64,000 nt of DNA, taken from the IMG/VR virus record IMGVR_UViG_3300030108_006260, positions 1 through 64,000 of that record; one strand, written 5' to 3'. The notes under the pieces were generated by a model. It ran no database searches. It was given only the letters and a program-made list of their open reading frames with translations, and had not been told where the DNA came from. Positions within the stretch are counted from its first letter, which is position 1, and every line of letters begins with the position of its first letter. The translations under genes and the position numbers were made by a program. Positions 8,946-19,163 of the stretch are shown here, in pieces.

Positions 8946-10061
8946 CTAGTCAGTGCAAGTTTCTGGCTGACTATTTTTCAAGGCAGCGAAAAGAACATCG
9001 TTTCGTGGACTGCCAGGGTGGTCAAAAAGACGACGGCGCCGGGCAAGAATTTCCCATTGTTCACGCCATTCTGGATCCGATGGAAGGTCCTTGAGAGCCA
9101 TTGCCTCCACAACAAATGCCTTACCCACGTCGCGAGCTTCGTTGGTGCTATGGAAGAGACCAGCCGCAGAAGCCTGGCGACAGACGTCATCTCGTCCCAT
9201 CTTGGAATACCGCTCTCTCCGGCTATCCACCTCGCCAGGACGGTACTGGACCTTGAGTTCGTTTTCCTCGAATTCATCATCTTCAAGCTCCTCGTCTGTG
9301 TAGGAGGAGTGCTTTAGCTCAGTCTTAGCCTCGTACACACGAAGAACTTCGAGGCGACACACACGAAGCTTTTCCGTTTCGTTCTTAGGAACAGAAACAG
9401 CATCCCTTGGGTTCACTTTGACGAGGATCATTGTGGGAGCCCACGACCGAGCGTATGCCGCAGTACCCACGTGGATGCCTGGCGCACACGACATATCTGG
9501 ATCATCGCACACCTTGTCCCGTTCCATCTCGATAACAGTGCCCGGATGGTACTGGAAGGTGTTTCCCGTGTGCTTGTCCCAGAGGTCGTCGTTCACGCCC
9601 TTGTAGGAAAGGAAATGACCATCAAGTGTGAGAGGGAATCCAGCCCTCTCCAGGAATCCGTAGAGCTGCTCCCGTGACCGATCTGAGGGGTTCTCTGAAA
9701 GGTTCGCAAGGAACTTTACGAAGGGTGCCACACTACGGCCCTGGGAACGAAGCTCTAGAATCTTGTCCACTAGGGCACCGTGAATAGGTTCTCCCCTCAC
9801 GGATACAATTCCGTGGGACACAGTTACATCACTCTCCATGAAGGGAGTAAACATATCTTCGATGCATTCCTCGATGTCTTCCCGGAGAATAGACAGAAGA
9901 CATTCTTCTTTCTCCTGGTCGGATCGTGGGACCCCATCAAGACCTTCAATGATGTTCCACACTTCCTCTGTCCGAATATCGTTCGGATGAAGAGTGTAGG
10001 GTTCTCCCCTCACAACAACTGTGAGAACATCTCCTGCGTACACATATCCAATTTCGCTCAT
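8946..10061 (-). CDS. rIIB: rIIB-like lysis-inhibition protein
   Basis: FLANLSENPS.RSREQLYGFLE, GHFLSYKGV, CAPGIHVG..YA, VKVNPRDAVSVP motifs; directly downstream of rIIA. Confidence 0.85.
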   Translation of the reverse strand: MSEIGYVYAGDVLTVVVRGEPYTLHPNDIRTEEVWNIIEGLDGVPRSDQEKEECLLSILREDIEECIEDMFTPFMESDVTVSHGIVSVRGEPIHGALVDKILELRSQGRSVAPFVKFLANLSENPSDRSREQLYGFLERAGFPLTLDGHFLSYKGVNDDLWDKHTGNTFQYHPGTVIEMERDKVCDDPDMSCAPGIHVGTAAYARSWAPTMILVKVNPRDAVSVPKNETEKLRVCRLEVLRVYEAKTELKHSSYTDEELEDDEFEENELKVQYRPGEVDSRRERYSKMGRDDVCRQASAAGLFHSTNEARDVGKAFVVEAMALKDLPSDPEWREQWEILARRRRLFDHPGSPRNDVLFAALKNSQPETCTD

Positions 10062-10100
10062 ATTATTTATTTCCTGGTAAGGAGTACCTTTTCTCTTCTC

Positions 10101-10118
10101 TTACTATCAGAAGGGTTA
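10101..10118 (-). promoter_or_regulatory. phage promoter-like motif copy
   Basis: ttactatcagaagggtta upstream of rIIB. Confidence 0.7.
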
Positions 10119-12227
10119 CATCCCTGCTTCTCGTTCAATCACGTAGTGCATGTAGTCAGAAACCTCGCTGTCACGCCATGAAACACGGAAGTACTTCAGT
10201 AGTGGGAACATACCAACAATACTTCCTTCAAGGAAGGGAGTAACTTCTCCCACCAATTCCCGGTTTCCGAACATTTTTTGTAGGAATTCCATGCGGAGTG
10301 CTGTGTTGTGGTTATTATTAATTTCTTCTAGGTCAGAAGCAATAGAATAAAAACGAGGGGCAGCCTCGACCATGTCCGAGGATTCAATGTAATCTCGAAT
10401 CTTAAGCAGGTGGTCCGTTTCTGGGAAGCATCCGGTGTCAAATCCTTCGCTACGGATCATACTCCGACGTTTGTTGCAGTATACCAAGCTCTTCCGGGCC
10501 CACTCCATATCAGGGGAAGTCCACCGATCCCACACAGCCTTTTTAAGGACAGGGCCAAGGAGCTTCCAGTTCTTTGACTTTTCGAACTTACCGAGACGGG
10601 AGGAACGAACTACAACAAAAGAGAAGTCTTTGGGGACAACACCGTTGTTCTTTAGATCATCAAGATAATCCCGTACGTTCTCTAGGGTCATGTAACAGAT
10701 AATAGTTCCGTCACTGTCCTCTACTTCAATCTGATTACGGTAGAGCTTGACGTAGCAACCACTATCGTTACTCACGTCAACGTCTGACTCTTCCACTTTA
10801 TCGGAGGTGACACGATACACCTGTACTGCTTTGGTGGACTTACGAGTAGACTTACTCTTTTTCTTCGGCGGCCTAGGCAAAGAAGCTACGGACTTCACTT
10901 GCTTTGCGGAGATACCAAGGACAGAGAGGATTTCGCGGTACTCCCGTGCCGTCTCAGGAACCAGAAGGACACTACTCACCCTGGACTTGTTTGCTCCGTG
11001 AAATCGGAGATACCTTCGAAGATGGTAGGGTGCCGATTTACAGTCCGAAAGGTAGAACTCCGTATCGGCGGAAAGATCCCTGGCAGTCAGGCACGAAGTG
11101 GTACTTACACTGTAGGAGTCCTTCGAAAAGGAATAAGATACCGAAAGTTCCTTGGCTACTTTTTGTAGGTGCTTAGGGAAAAAGTCAAAGTTCCTGGGAA
11201 TCTTCCTTCCATGCCAGGTCAGACAGTCGTCAATAAGACCCCCTAGGGACACATAGGACTCAATCCCATAGTGGGATGCTTCCCAGAACGTCTTACAACC
11301 AGAAAGCTTTTCCTGGAAGACACTGAGGATTTCTTCATAGAGATCCTCAAAAATCTGATTGACGTTGTTGATCGACGCGTCAGTCCAAGAGATGTTTTCA
11401 CGGGAAGGAGTCACCGCAAACGTTCCAATGGGAAAGAAGTAAACCAAGTCAACACACTTGAGTAGCTTCTTGACTACTGGGCTGAATTTGCTCTGTACCT
11501 CAATAGGATATTCAACATTACCCATTACCGCAGTGGAGTTTGCGTTCCGGGTCTTACGGTAAAGGAACCATCCCTCTCCATCTAGGTGGGGCTCTTTGTA
11601 CGTGTCAGGCTCGAAGTTCGACTTTCCGTACAAGGTAGGTTGAACAGGGAAAGGACGCAGGACCTCTCGGGCTTCTTGCTCGAATGTATAGAAATCTTCA
11701 GAATCTACTGGGAAGGAGATCTCAAGACCATTGGGTTCATCCGAGTTTACCTTAGAGACCGAGATTACTTCAGGAATTCCTTCGGTGCCAAGAATCATGG
11801 AGTAGGTTCGCTTCTCTCCATTGTAGTAAGAGATCACCGTAAAGTTATCGGTGTAAGCGAAGGGACTCTTAGACCCAAGACCAAAACAACCAATCTGGTC
11901 GTTGCTTTCCTGTTTGGTGGACCGCATGACAGTACGGTACAGATTCATCACGTCATCGTGAGAGAGCCCCGTTCCGTAGTCCCGGATCTTGAACCAAGGT
12001 TTGACTCGGTTCGGAAGAAAAAGGTCGAAGGGTGCATCTTGCTTGTCTGCCATCTGGTGGGCATCGATAGCGTTACACGCTAGCTCACGGATGATTGCTC
12101 GGATCTTATTAGAGTACAGACCGTGAGTTAGAACAGCAAAGGTGTGCCGGGTCTGGTCAACCGTGAACTGTGCACGCTCGAACTGCTTTGAGACCTGGGT
12201 GGTACTTGTAGTGTTAGGTACTTGCAT
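10116..12227 (-). CDS. rIIA: rIIA-like protein with N-terminal GHKL ATPase
   Basis: LYSNKIRAIIRELACNAIDAH, IRDYGTGL, IGCFGLGSKSPFAYTD. Confidence 0.9.
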   Translation of the reverse strand: MQVPNTTSTTQVSKQFERAQFTVDQTRHTFAVLTHGLYSNKIRAIIRELACNAIDAHQMADKQDAPFDLFLPNRVKPWFKIRDYGTGLSHDDVMNLYRTVMRSTKQESNDQIGCFGLGSKSPFAYTDNFTVISYYNGEKRTYSMILGTEGIPEVISVSKVNSDEPNGLEISFPVDSEDFYTFEQEAREVLRPFPVQPTLYGKSNFEPDTYKEPHLDGEGWFLYRKTRNANSTAVMGNVEYPIEVQSKFSPVVKKLLKCVDLVYFFPIGTFAVTPSRENISWTDASINNVNQIFEDLYEEILSVFQEKLSGCKTFWEASHYGIESYVSLGGLIDDCLTWHGRKIPRNFDFFPKHLQKVAKELSVSYSFSKDSYSVSTTSCLTARDLSADTEFYLSDCKSAPYHLRRYLRFHGANKSRVSSVLLVPETAREYREILSVLGISAKQVKSVASLPRPPKKKSKSTRKSTKAVQVYRVTSDKVEESDVDVSNDSGCYVKLYRNQIEVEDSDGTIICYMTLENVRDYLDDLKNNGVVPKDFSFVVVRSSRLGKFEKSKNWKLLGPVLKKAVWDRWTSPDMEWARKSLVYCNKRRSMIRSEGFDTGCFPETDHLLKIRDYIESSDMVEAAPRFYSIASDLEEINNNHNTALRMEFLQKMFGNRELVGEVTPFLEGSIVGMFPLLKYFRVSWRDSEVSDYMHYVIEREAGM

Positions 12228-12258
12228 TTTTACTCCTGAGCCTTCTGTGGCTCGTCAT

Positions 12259-12276
12259 CTACTATGAGAAGGGTTA
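12259..12276 (-). promoter_or_regulatory. phage promoter-like motif copy
   Basis: ctactatgagaagggtta upstream of rIIA. Confidence 0.75.
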
Positions 12277-12699
12277 CGTCTTGGTCTTCTTCTTTATAAA
12301 GACCTGCCCGTCTATAATCTTCAGCGGGTTTTTATGAGTATGCCTCTCTCCTTTGAATAATAGAACGAGAGACTTGCCTTTCTCTCTATCTATACTCTTT
12401 AGGCACTTCCTTCGGATCCTTTTCCGAACAGCTTCAGTGTCTATTCCCCTATCCCGGAGAACTTTATACCACTGCCTAGTGGTCTTATCCTGCTTTGAAC
12501 TATTGCAGGATAGACAGCAAGTCACAAGGTTAGAAGGGTCATCGTTCCTTCCGTGTGACTTGCAGTCCTTTACGTGGTCCAGAGTTAGTTTCTCTGAACT
12601 TCCACAATACACGCACTCAAAGTCATCTCTATGATAAATTGCTAGTCTCTTGGAGACGGGCAACCAGCTTGACCCTGACTTTGCTGGCGTAATAAACAC
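12274..12699 (-). CDS. HNH endonuclease
   Basis: CVYCG...LTLDHV...NLVTCCLSCNSSK. Confidence 0.85.
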   Translation of the reverse strand: MFITPAKSGSSWLPVSKRLAIYHRDDFECVYCGSSEKLTLDHVKDCKSHGRNDDPSNLVTCCLSCNSSKQDKTTRQWYKVLRDRGIDTEAVRKRIRRKCLKSIDREKGKSLVLLFKGERHTHKNPLKIIDGQVFIKKKTKT

Positions 12700-12700
12700 G

Positions 12701-12922
12701 TTATGCCCAGAAGAAGGGACGGTGCAGGTGCTGTAGGTCCCCTCGGATCTTTTCCTCTAGGACAGCACGAGCATCCTTTGTGGTCCGGGTCGTGAAGGTA
12801 ACGCACATTCCGCGAGTAGGACGGTACTGGTTGCGTACACGCGCCTTCCCTACCACCCTGTCATTACGCACAGCTTCATAAACTCGAACGTTGTCTTGGA
12901 CCTTTTCAATTACTTCAATCAT
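12701..12922 (-). CDS. small hypothetical protein
   Basis: ORF on the coding strand. Confidence 0.55.
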   Translation of the reverse strand: MIEVIEKVQDNVRVYEAVRNDRVVGKARVRNQYRPTRGMCVTFTTRTTKDARAVLEEKIRGDLQHLHRPFFWA

Positions 12923-12979
12923 GGTTTCTCCATATTTGGTGATATTCCCGAGTAGTCCCGAGGACCCCTCTTTACAGAG

Positions 12980-13264
12980 CTAGATGAACTCAGTACCTGG
13001 GAATGCTTTTTCGCAGTCCCAATCGTCAGGAAGCCAACTAGGCTTATCCTTTTTATTTTCATCGAATCGGGGATTAGAAGGATTGAGGCCATGCGTGTAG
13101 ACCCAGTCACACTCATCACTGCCACAGAAATAGGTCATCGCAGAAAAGCATCCCCAGCAACTCATCCAGGTACCGTCTCCGCGTTGCCACGTGTGGCAAG
13201 AATCCGAGCAGTCTACGTTCTCATGTCCACACCGGGGGCAGCAAACTTCTTCAGTTTTTTCCAT
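12980..13264 (-). CDS. Cys-rich putative zinc-binding protein
   Basis: CPRC, CWGC, C...C pairs. Confidence 0.6.
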   Translation of the reverse strand: MEKTEEVCCPRCGHENVDCSDSCHTWQRGDGTWMSCWGCFSAMTYFCGSDECDWVYTHGLNPSNPRFDENKKDKPSWLPDDWDCEKAFPGTEFI

Positions 13265-13970
13265 TGTTCATAACTTTCGAAATTTCATTAAAGGCGTGAT
13301 TTATTTCCTTAAATCTTTTTTCCGAGTCAGGATTGTTCTTGTTCCTATCAGGGTGATGTTCGAATGCAAGTTTTTTGAACTTCTTCTTTATGGTAGAGAA
13401 CTTGTTTCCTGCCTTAGCACCTAGAACCGCATAATACGAAAGTATCCCTGTGGTTTTCCTTCTCCTGGTACTTTTACTGCCTGTATTCTTACTTCTGTTC
13501 CCGGTATTCTTCTTTTTCTTTTTCTTTTTGGTACGGGGTCTCGGAGGAACGTATTCGCCCTTCAAGACTTTTTCATACAAAGATCTTTCTTCCTCGGTGA
13601 CTCCGTTTATCTTTTCCCAGTTTATTCGCCTGTCGGAAATAAACCCAGTACGTACTTTACTGACCTTGGCAGGAAGGGGGTCTGTTGTTATAGGAGGAAG
13701 ATGCCCAGTAGGTTCCTCGTACCGCTTTGCACGATAAAAGTTACGAGCATGAAGCCATAGCAGCATCTTAGTGGAAGAAAAAGGTACCCCTCCCTTTATC
13801 CTTACCCATGTAAGTGTAGGGTCAATACTCACATCTTCTATATGAACCCATAGATGTGAGTAAAAGTCTCCTTCGTTCCCCTGAAATATTATGGGGGAAT
13901 TTTTACTTATGAGGAATAGGCTGTCACCAGGGACTAGGAGAAAGGGTAGTGTGTTTACTACCTTTGTCAC
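13251..13970 (-). CDS. protein with C-terminal DnaJ (J) domain
   Basis: YYAVLG...IKKKFKKLAFEHHPDRN...FKEINHAF; HPD motif after a poly-Lys linker. Confidence 0.85.
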   Translation of the reverse strand: MTKVVNTLPFLLVPGDSLFLISKNSPIIFQGNEGDFYSHLWVHIEDVSIDPTLTWVRIKGGVPFSSTKMLLWLHARNFYRAKRYEEPTGHLPPITTDPLPAKVSKVRTGFISDRRINWEKINGVTEEERSLYEKVLKGEYVPPRPRTKKKKKKKNTGNRSKNTGSKSTRRRKTTGILSYYAVLGAKAGNKFSTIKKKFKKLAFEHHPDRNKNNPDSEKRFKEINHAFNEISKVMNNGKN

Positions 13971-13977
13971 TTAGTTC

Positions 13978-14298
13978 CTAACCGTACGGCCACTGGCTTC
14001 TTTTCGGGGGCTTTGTGTCCGAAGGAGGAGGCGGTTCGCTCTTTATCTTTAGCATCTTCTTGAGCTGAACAATAACCCTGGCGCACTCCTCCGCGCGCAC
14101 GAGAAAAAGCTCAGAAGCTTCATTATCAAACTTCTGTACTTCTCGTGCCTGTTTCATATGTCGTTCTCGATCGTCAGTGAGCCTCCCCAGGATAAACCTG
14201 AGGGTAAACTCGTCGAGAGGAGGTCTCCAAGAATCCATGTCTTTAAATATCATTTCTGCTAACAGCTTCCCAGTCCAACAGCCACAAATATGACACAA
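13978..14298 (-). CDS. hypothetical protein
   Basis: ORF on the coding strand. Confidence 0.6.
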   Translation of the reverse strand: MCHICGCWTGKLLAEMIFKDMDSWRPPLDEFTLRFILGRLTDDRERHMKQAREVQKFDNEASELFLVRAEECARVIVQLKKMLKIKSEPPPPSDTKPPKRSQWPYG

Positions 14299-14360
14299 AC
14301 GACCATAGTAAAGGTGAAAAAGTCCTGAGACGCGTCGTTCTCTACGTACATAAACAACCC

Positions 14361-15074
14361 TTATCCTAGTTTCATGTGCTCAGGAGTACGTTGCCGCAGG
14401 TCTACGTTTTCCCCGGCACGCTTACCTCGCTCGTAGGCATCGGGGTGGACAGTGGTTCTTGTCTTCTTCTGCTTGAGTCCTCCAAGGACTTCATTAATGT
14501 GTGCCAGGGCTGCCTCGTGCTTCTGGTTGATTCGCTCGATGGCATGGGATACCAGGACGATTTCATCTTTACTAGAACTATTAATGATGTCGTCTTGTGC
14601 CTCCTTCTTGGCCTCGTGGAGCCTACGTGAGACAACAGAAACAACCCCAGCCCGAAATGACGTAAGCCACCTCTTTCCGGGATTGTTACGACGAGAAGAC
14701 TCCAGAAGAGTAAGGCGGTCTACTTCTTTTGCTACATGTGCGTACATGGTACGAACAAGAATAATATCCGAAGGAATTCCGTACACCTCCACAACAACTC
14801 CGGTGCGGGTCCGGGACCGGACAGCTACGCATCCGTTGACTTCGGCTACCACATTAGCGAGAACGCTTTTCCATCGAGAAAGTCTCTTTCCTCCATGAAA
14901 CAGGACATCATCCTCGATATCGTCCTCGTTATCTTCAAGCATCTCTTGGCTAATCTGATACTGCTGCATCAGTTTTTGTGCTTGTTTGAATGCGTTTGCC
15001 GCCTCATTAACGTTGGAGTTACCGTTGGACAGGGACAACAGACGTTGGATTTTGTTTAGGATCTCTTCATTCAT
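14361..15074 (-). CDS. DUF2786-family protein
   Basis: ILNKIQRLLSLS..NSNVNEAANAFKQAQKLM N-terminus; C-terminal AYERGKRAG. Confidence 0.8.
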   Translation of the reverse strand: MNEEILNKIQRLLSLSNGNSNVNEAANAFKQAQKLMQQYQISQEMLEDNEDDIEDDVLFHGGKRLSRWKSVLANVVAEVNGCVAVRSRTRTGVVVEVYGIPSDIILVRTMYAHVAKEVDRLTLLESSRRNNPGKRWLTSFRAGVVSVVSRRLHEAKKEAQDDIINSSSKDEIVLVSHAIERINQKHEAALAHINEVLGGLKQKKTRTTVHPDAYERGKRAGENVDLRQRTPEHMKLG

Positions 15075-15102
15075 CTTACTATCTCCTCTGGGAGTCAGGT
15101 TA

Positions 15103-15120
15103 CTACTATGTGAAGGGTTA
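15103..15120 (-). promoter_or_regulatory. phage promoter-like motif copy
   Basis: ctactatgtgaagggtta. Confidence 0.75.
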
Positions 15121-15720
15121 AGATGGTCCTGTTGTCTTCTCCCATGACTTCAAAAATGATGAGATCTGTTCCCTTCCAACCGGGTTTGATGTGTGTATTG
15201 TATACGAGGGTACGATATCTGTCTGCTCAGATAGCCACCTGAGAAACTCCATAGTAGTTAGGGTCTCTCCCGACACAGAGACGCCAAGGTCGTGGTCTAA
15301 CGCCATGAGACTAGGGCTTCCCCACAACTGAACGTAGTACTTGGCTTGTTGAGGAGTAGTGGCCCACACGTATTCTTTTCTCTCCCAGTACGGATCGAAG
15401 TCTACGGGACTACGTACATCGTCCAGCCAGAGGTTCCACGATCGTGTATGCGGCTCCTCTTCATCACCAATCAGTGTGAGTATCCCGTATTCCACGATTT
15501 GAAGGCTGTCTTCCAGATCGTACGAATACAGTATGGCGTCTCGGAGGAACCTAAATTCCTTAGCTCCTTCACCCAGATAGAGTAGAACTTCTCTATTATC
15601 CGTACGCCCCTGGTCATCCAGGAGACATGAATATCCCGTCTCGAACACCCTGTACCTATCATCAGATACCTTGTGAATCACAATGACGTTGTCAGCGGAC
15701 ACTATTCGTCTCCAGGGCAC
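15118..15720 (-). CDS. protein with C-terminal cyclic-phosphate-processing receiver (cREC) domain
   Basis: LWLDDVRSP...LDHDLG...IHTSNPVG. Confidence 0.75.
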   Translation of the reverse strand: MPWRRIVSADNVIVIHKVSDDRYRVFETGYSCLLDDQGRTDNREVLLYLGEGAKEFRFLRDAILYSYDLEDSLQIVEYGILTLIGDEEEPHTRSWNLWLDDVRSPVDFDPYWERKEYVWATTPQQAKYYVQLWGSPSLMALDHDLGVSVSGETLTTMEFLRWLSEQTDIVPSYTIHTSNPVGREQISSFLKSWEKTTGPS

Positions 15721-15890
15721 ATGTCAGGAATACACTCGCATACCCTGTAGTGTTCTCCCTCTTCGTAGGAGGCTACAAGATGTTCACCACACATTTCCGT
15801 ACAGTCCAGGAAATCCATAGGAACTGCTTCCTGATACTTAGGCTGTGTGCATCCTATGAGGAATAACGGGAGAATTTTAATATACTTCAT
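15702..15890 (-). CDS. small Cys-containing lipoprotein
   Basis: Signal peptide with lipobox-like FLIGC. Confidence 0.55.
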   Translation of the reverse strand: MKYIKILPLFLIGCTQPKYQEAVPMDFLDCTEMCGEHLVASYEEGEHYRVCECIPDMCPGDE

Positions 15891-15894
15891 AACT

Positions 15895-16443
15895 TTACTC
15901 TACCAAATAGGAGGTATTTCCTTCCAAGAAGCTAAGTAGCTGGGCGTCACCAGAGAACTTAGCATCAATGGTTCTTTTCTTCATGACTTTGTGAGCAAAG
16001 AGGCGATGCCACCCATCGAGTACTTCTGGTACCATGAAAGTCATGTCTTCAGTAGCAAAGCATCCTACCTCCACTGGCCAGTATAGCACAGAGGGGTTCT
16101 TGATCATGTAACGAATACGTGCTGCATGCCACTCCGCAGAAGGACGTTTTCCTTCGAGCATAAGAGTATCGTAGGGTACGTCCGTATCTTCCTGTGGCTC
16201 TACTTTCTGTAGTACCATGTCTAAAGAAAATCCGCATCCCCACGGATCTTTTACTGGACTTGCGTCGTACAGTCGGTCTACTAGAAGGGATGATACTTCA
16301 TCAACTTCTGCCTCCAGAACGTTAATTTCAACTAGTCCTACTGCAATGGTTATCGCTTCTTCAGGTGTGGGTGCTTGAACTACCTTATCTATTACATCGT
16401 CTTCTGCTACTAATGTCACTAAGAAACTAGTCATCTTCGTCAT
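15895..16443 (-). CDS. protein with ParB-like domain
   Basis: EVLDGWHRL motif. Confidence 0.6.
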   Translation of the reverse strand: MTKMTSFLVTLVAEDDVIDKVVQAPTPEEAITIAVGLVEINVLEAEVDEVSSLLVDRLYDASPVKDPWGCGFSLDMVLQKVEPQEDTDVPYDTLMLEGKRPSAEWHAARIRYMIKNPSVLYWPVEVGCFATEDMTFMVPEVLDGWHRLFAHKVMKKRTIDAKFSGDAQLLSFLEGNTSYLVE

Positions 16444-16834
16444 CGTGTTCCCTACTATCAGTAGGGTCGCTCTTGGAGGTGTCCTTAAAGTACTGGAGGT
16501 CTAGGTGGAAGAAAATAACCTCCTCTACCCCTACTGAGGCATGCTCCTCGATAAGGGGAACGAGCTTTTCTACGATCTCATACCGTATCCTAGCACGCTG
16601 CTTTAGCTTCCTCACCTTCAGAAGACCCTCTACTCTCCAGTTTGTGGTACCCCCAACTACACGAAGGGTCTCAAACTCTGAAGGAACACCCTTGAGTTTG
16701 GTGTGTAGTCGTCCGGGAAAGGAATCGAGCTTTATGTTGGCGCCAAAGGACGCCCACATTCTTTCCTTAGTTGGATCGGGCATTTGTATACTTGGAGAAG
16801 AAGGCTTCCTCCTCTCCTCGATCTTTAAGCCCAA
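16427..16834 (-). CDS. hypothetical protein
   Basis: ORF on the coding strand; true start may be downstream of the listed one. Confidence 0.55.
   Translation of the reverse strand: MGLKIEERRKPSSPSIQMPDPTKERMWASFGANIKLDSFPGRLHTKLKGVPSEFETLRVVGGTTNWRVEGLLKVRKLKQRARIRYEIVEKLVPLIEEHASVGVEEVIFFHLDLQYFKDTSKSDPTDSREHDDEDD
16452..16468 (-). promoter_or_regulatory. phage promoter-like motif variant
   Basis: ctactatcagtagggtc, 8 nt upstream of the ATG at 16443. Confidence 0.55.
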
Positions 16835-17240
16835 GAAACACGCGGGTCAGACCACCCTCATATTCGTCCTTATGCTCTTCTATGTAGGACTTAACTTCGG
16901 TTGCGGTACCTCTGAATAGGGGCTGTTTCGTTTCCGTATCCCACACATCTTCAACAATGGTAACGCCACGGGATGACCTTGTTCTCGTATCAAAGTTAAA
17001 GACTCCGTACTCTGGCTTAGGGTAGTCTGGGACTTCCATGGTAGGAAGGTCCAGGCCACATAGACGAAAAGCCTCTACAACTTCTTCCCGCTCCAGTATA
17101 GGAATAACTTTTTCACTATTCTCTAGGGGAGCGTAGCCGTGGACGGCTGCCATCACAGAAGCGCCTCCTACAGAGGGGTGGTTAATCTCCCAGAAGAGCC
17201 TAAGCAACGCCAGTCGGATGGTATCTCTATCAATCTTCAT
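16767..17240 (-). CDS. hypothetical protein
   Basis: ORF with ATGA coupling to the upstream gene. Confidence 0.65.
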   Translation of the reverse strand: MKIDRDTIRLALLRLFWEINHPSVGGASVMAAVHGYAPLENSEKVIPILEREEVVEAFRLCGLDLPTMEVPDYPKPEYGVFNFDTRTRSSRGVTIVEDVWDTETKQPLFRGTATEVKSYIEEHKDEYEGGLTRVFLGLKDRGEEEAFFSKYTNARSN

Positions 17241-18394
17241 TCTGATTCCCCTTTGAGATCGGACAGAGGGAAACCCCTGTCCAGCTCTGCGTACGCCCTT
17301 GCAGCGCAGATGATTACGTCAAATAACTCTGATTTGAGGTTACTGCGACTCTTGTCTTTCTTTCTCACTTCCGCAGTAAACTCCGCTACTTCTTCTCTCA
17401 GAACACTCTCGATTTCGTGAGTAGAAGCGAAGGGACCCCACTTAGATGCTAGCTGCCTGACTTTGGAGTCTACTTCGTTAAGGAGCTTGTTTAGGGATCC
17501 TCCTAAGAAATCGAACTCATCTCTATACCCTCCATACTCTTCTGTGATACGAACAAGTTCCCTAAGGGCTTCTCTTCGTTCGGATTTTGAGCACAAGTCA
17601 TCTCTCATATTACCGTAAAGAACGTGGGCGTTTACTTCACTTAGGCCAGACATCTGCCCATCGTTAAGCTCGATTACAATCCACTCACCGCTTTTTGTTC
17701 GAGCTACATCGACCACAAAAAATCGTATCTTAGGAGCTACTCTTTTTATGACTTCATCAATAAAGTCTTGAGGGACACTGTTGACATCAGGATCAATGCT
17801 TTTTTCAGACCTGAGCCACTCCACATGTTCAGACCAGTAGAACCCCTTACCTATCACTTTTCCATCAAGAACAAAGAAGCGGTACTCCTCTGTAATAGGA
17901 ATACCCTGTATTCCCGTATCGTAGGTGTTCAGCTCTACGAACTTTCTTACGTAAATATCTTGGTACCCAATGTACCCATCCTGAGATAGCCTGCTGTACA
18001 CCCTACCTGCGTCCTCCTTGGACTCCGCAAACATATGAGTGTTCCAGCTATGCTTTTTGCTGTTTGTTGCTCCCTTCAGAACGAATGGAGCTTCGGCGGG
18101 ATCGACTTCATGAAGACGGAACCACGTTTTAGGAGTAAGGTCCTCAAGGTCATAGTACCAGTTCTTAAGGTCTGCTACGTATGCGTGTTCGCTATGTGAG
18201 TTAATGAGGCGAGATCCCAGGATCTTTATATCCTTTTCCAACTCTTTGTAGTTTGGAAGTGCTGAATATCTGGGTATAACTAGGGAATTCTGTGGGATCT
18301 CTGCTCGCTGCGTAACTACTTTAAAGTAGACACTAGCAGCATTGATTTCCTCTTGCTCTGCGAGAGCCTCCCTCATGAATACGATTGGTTTCAT
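17237..18394 (-). CDS. R2K-type ATP-grasp protein fused to a C-terminal MazG-like domain
   Basis: EYRFFVLDGKVI, FFVVDVA...WIVIELNDGQMSG (ATP-grasp); STHEIESVLREEVAEF...ELFDV (MazG-like). Confidence 0.75.
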   Translation of the reverse strand: MKPIVFMREALAEQEEINAASVYFKVVTQRAEIPQNSLVIPRYSALPNYKELEKDIKILGSRLINSHSEHAYVADLKNWYYDLEDLTPKTWFRLHEVDPAEAPFVLKGATNSKKHSWNTHMFAESKEDAGRVYSRLSQDGYIGYQDIYVRKFVELNTYDTGIQGIPITEEYRFFVLDGKVIGKGFYWSEHVEWLRSEKSIDPDVNSVPQDFIDEVIKRVAPKIRFFVVDVARTKSGEWIVIELNDGQMSGLSEVNAHVLYGNMRDDLCSKSERREALRELVRITEEYGGYRDEFDFLGGSLNKLLNEVDSKVRQLASKWGPFASTHEIESVLREEVAEFTAEVRKKDKSRSNLKSELFDVIICAARAYAELDRGFPLSDLKGESE

Positions 18395-18404
18395 GAGGGG
18401 TGTT

Positions 18405-19145
18405 TTACAGATTCTTGTCCCGGATCTCTTTCTTGGACATCTCTCTAATTTCGTAAGCAACCCTCCACCAGAGAACACGATGCCCGGTCTTGGGATCATC
18501 CTTATAGTGGGAACGACGAGGAGGAGCCCACCACTTATTATAAGTGACGCGGCGCTTCATAAGGACATCGTACTCAGACCCTCCGGGTCCCATGAGAACA
18601 AAGTCGACGCAGTACCAGCGTCCATTAATTTTGTGGTATTCAATAAAGGGCGTCTCTTCCACAATCTTCGGAGACGCCTTCTTTCTCTCCTTCTTTCTTC
18701 GCGCTCTAGCCTTAGGCGTATCGTTGTCACGAAGAATTCCGTAGGGGTCTACGTAATAACCCGTCCACTCGATTCCGTTGCGGAAAGGAAGATTACGTTT
18801 CCCCTTCCACTCGGGCTTGAGCAGAACGAAGTCATTGAGAAGGTGGTCGAAGACGTGCTTTCCCGTGGCAGTACGGGGACTGAGGCCCTCACAGATCTGA
18901 GAAAAGACCTTATCCCAAGGACGACCCACGTTCTTACGAAGAATACCCTTGAGGGGAGTGAAGTATTCGTTCAGGTACTTTCCTCCCCAGTTCTTGACAT
19001 GATGCTTCTTCATCCCTTCCCGCTTGGGAAGACGCTCCATCATGTGTTCATCATTACTTTTCCTTCGAGCAGAGCGGAAGGCATACTTTCCGCCCCCACC
19101 GTAGCGGGGGCGCTCGCACAACTCTTTGTGCAGATACTTTTTCAT
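18405..19145 (-). CDS. basic hypothetical protein, paralog of 44916-45353
   Basis: Shared LCERPR, LP.R..M, PL..(I/F)L.KNVGRPW..V.S.IC. Confidence 0.75.
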   Translation of the reverse strand: MKKYLHKELCERPRYGGGGKYAFRSARRKSNDEHMMERLPKREGMKKHHVKNWGGKYLNEYFTPLKGILRKNVGRPWDKVFSQICEGLSPRTATGKHVFDHLLNDFVLLKPEWKGKRNLPFRNGIEWTGYYVDPYGILRDNDTPKARARRKKERKKASPKIVEETPFIEYHKINGRWYCVDFVLMGPGGSEYDVLMKRRVTYNKWWAPPRRSHYKDDPKTGHRVLWWRVAYEIREMSKKEIRDKNL

Positions 19146-19163
19146 TCTGCGTTCCTCTTTCTT

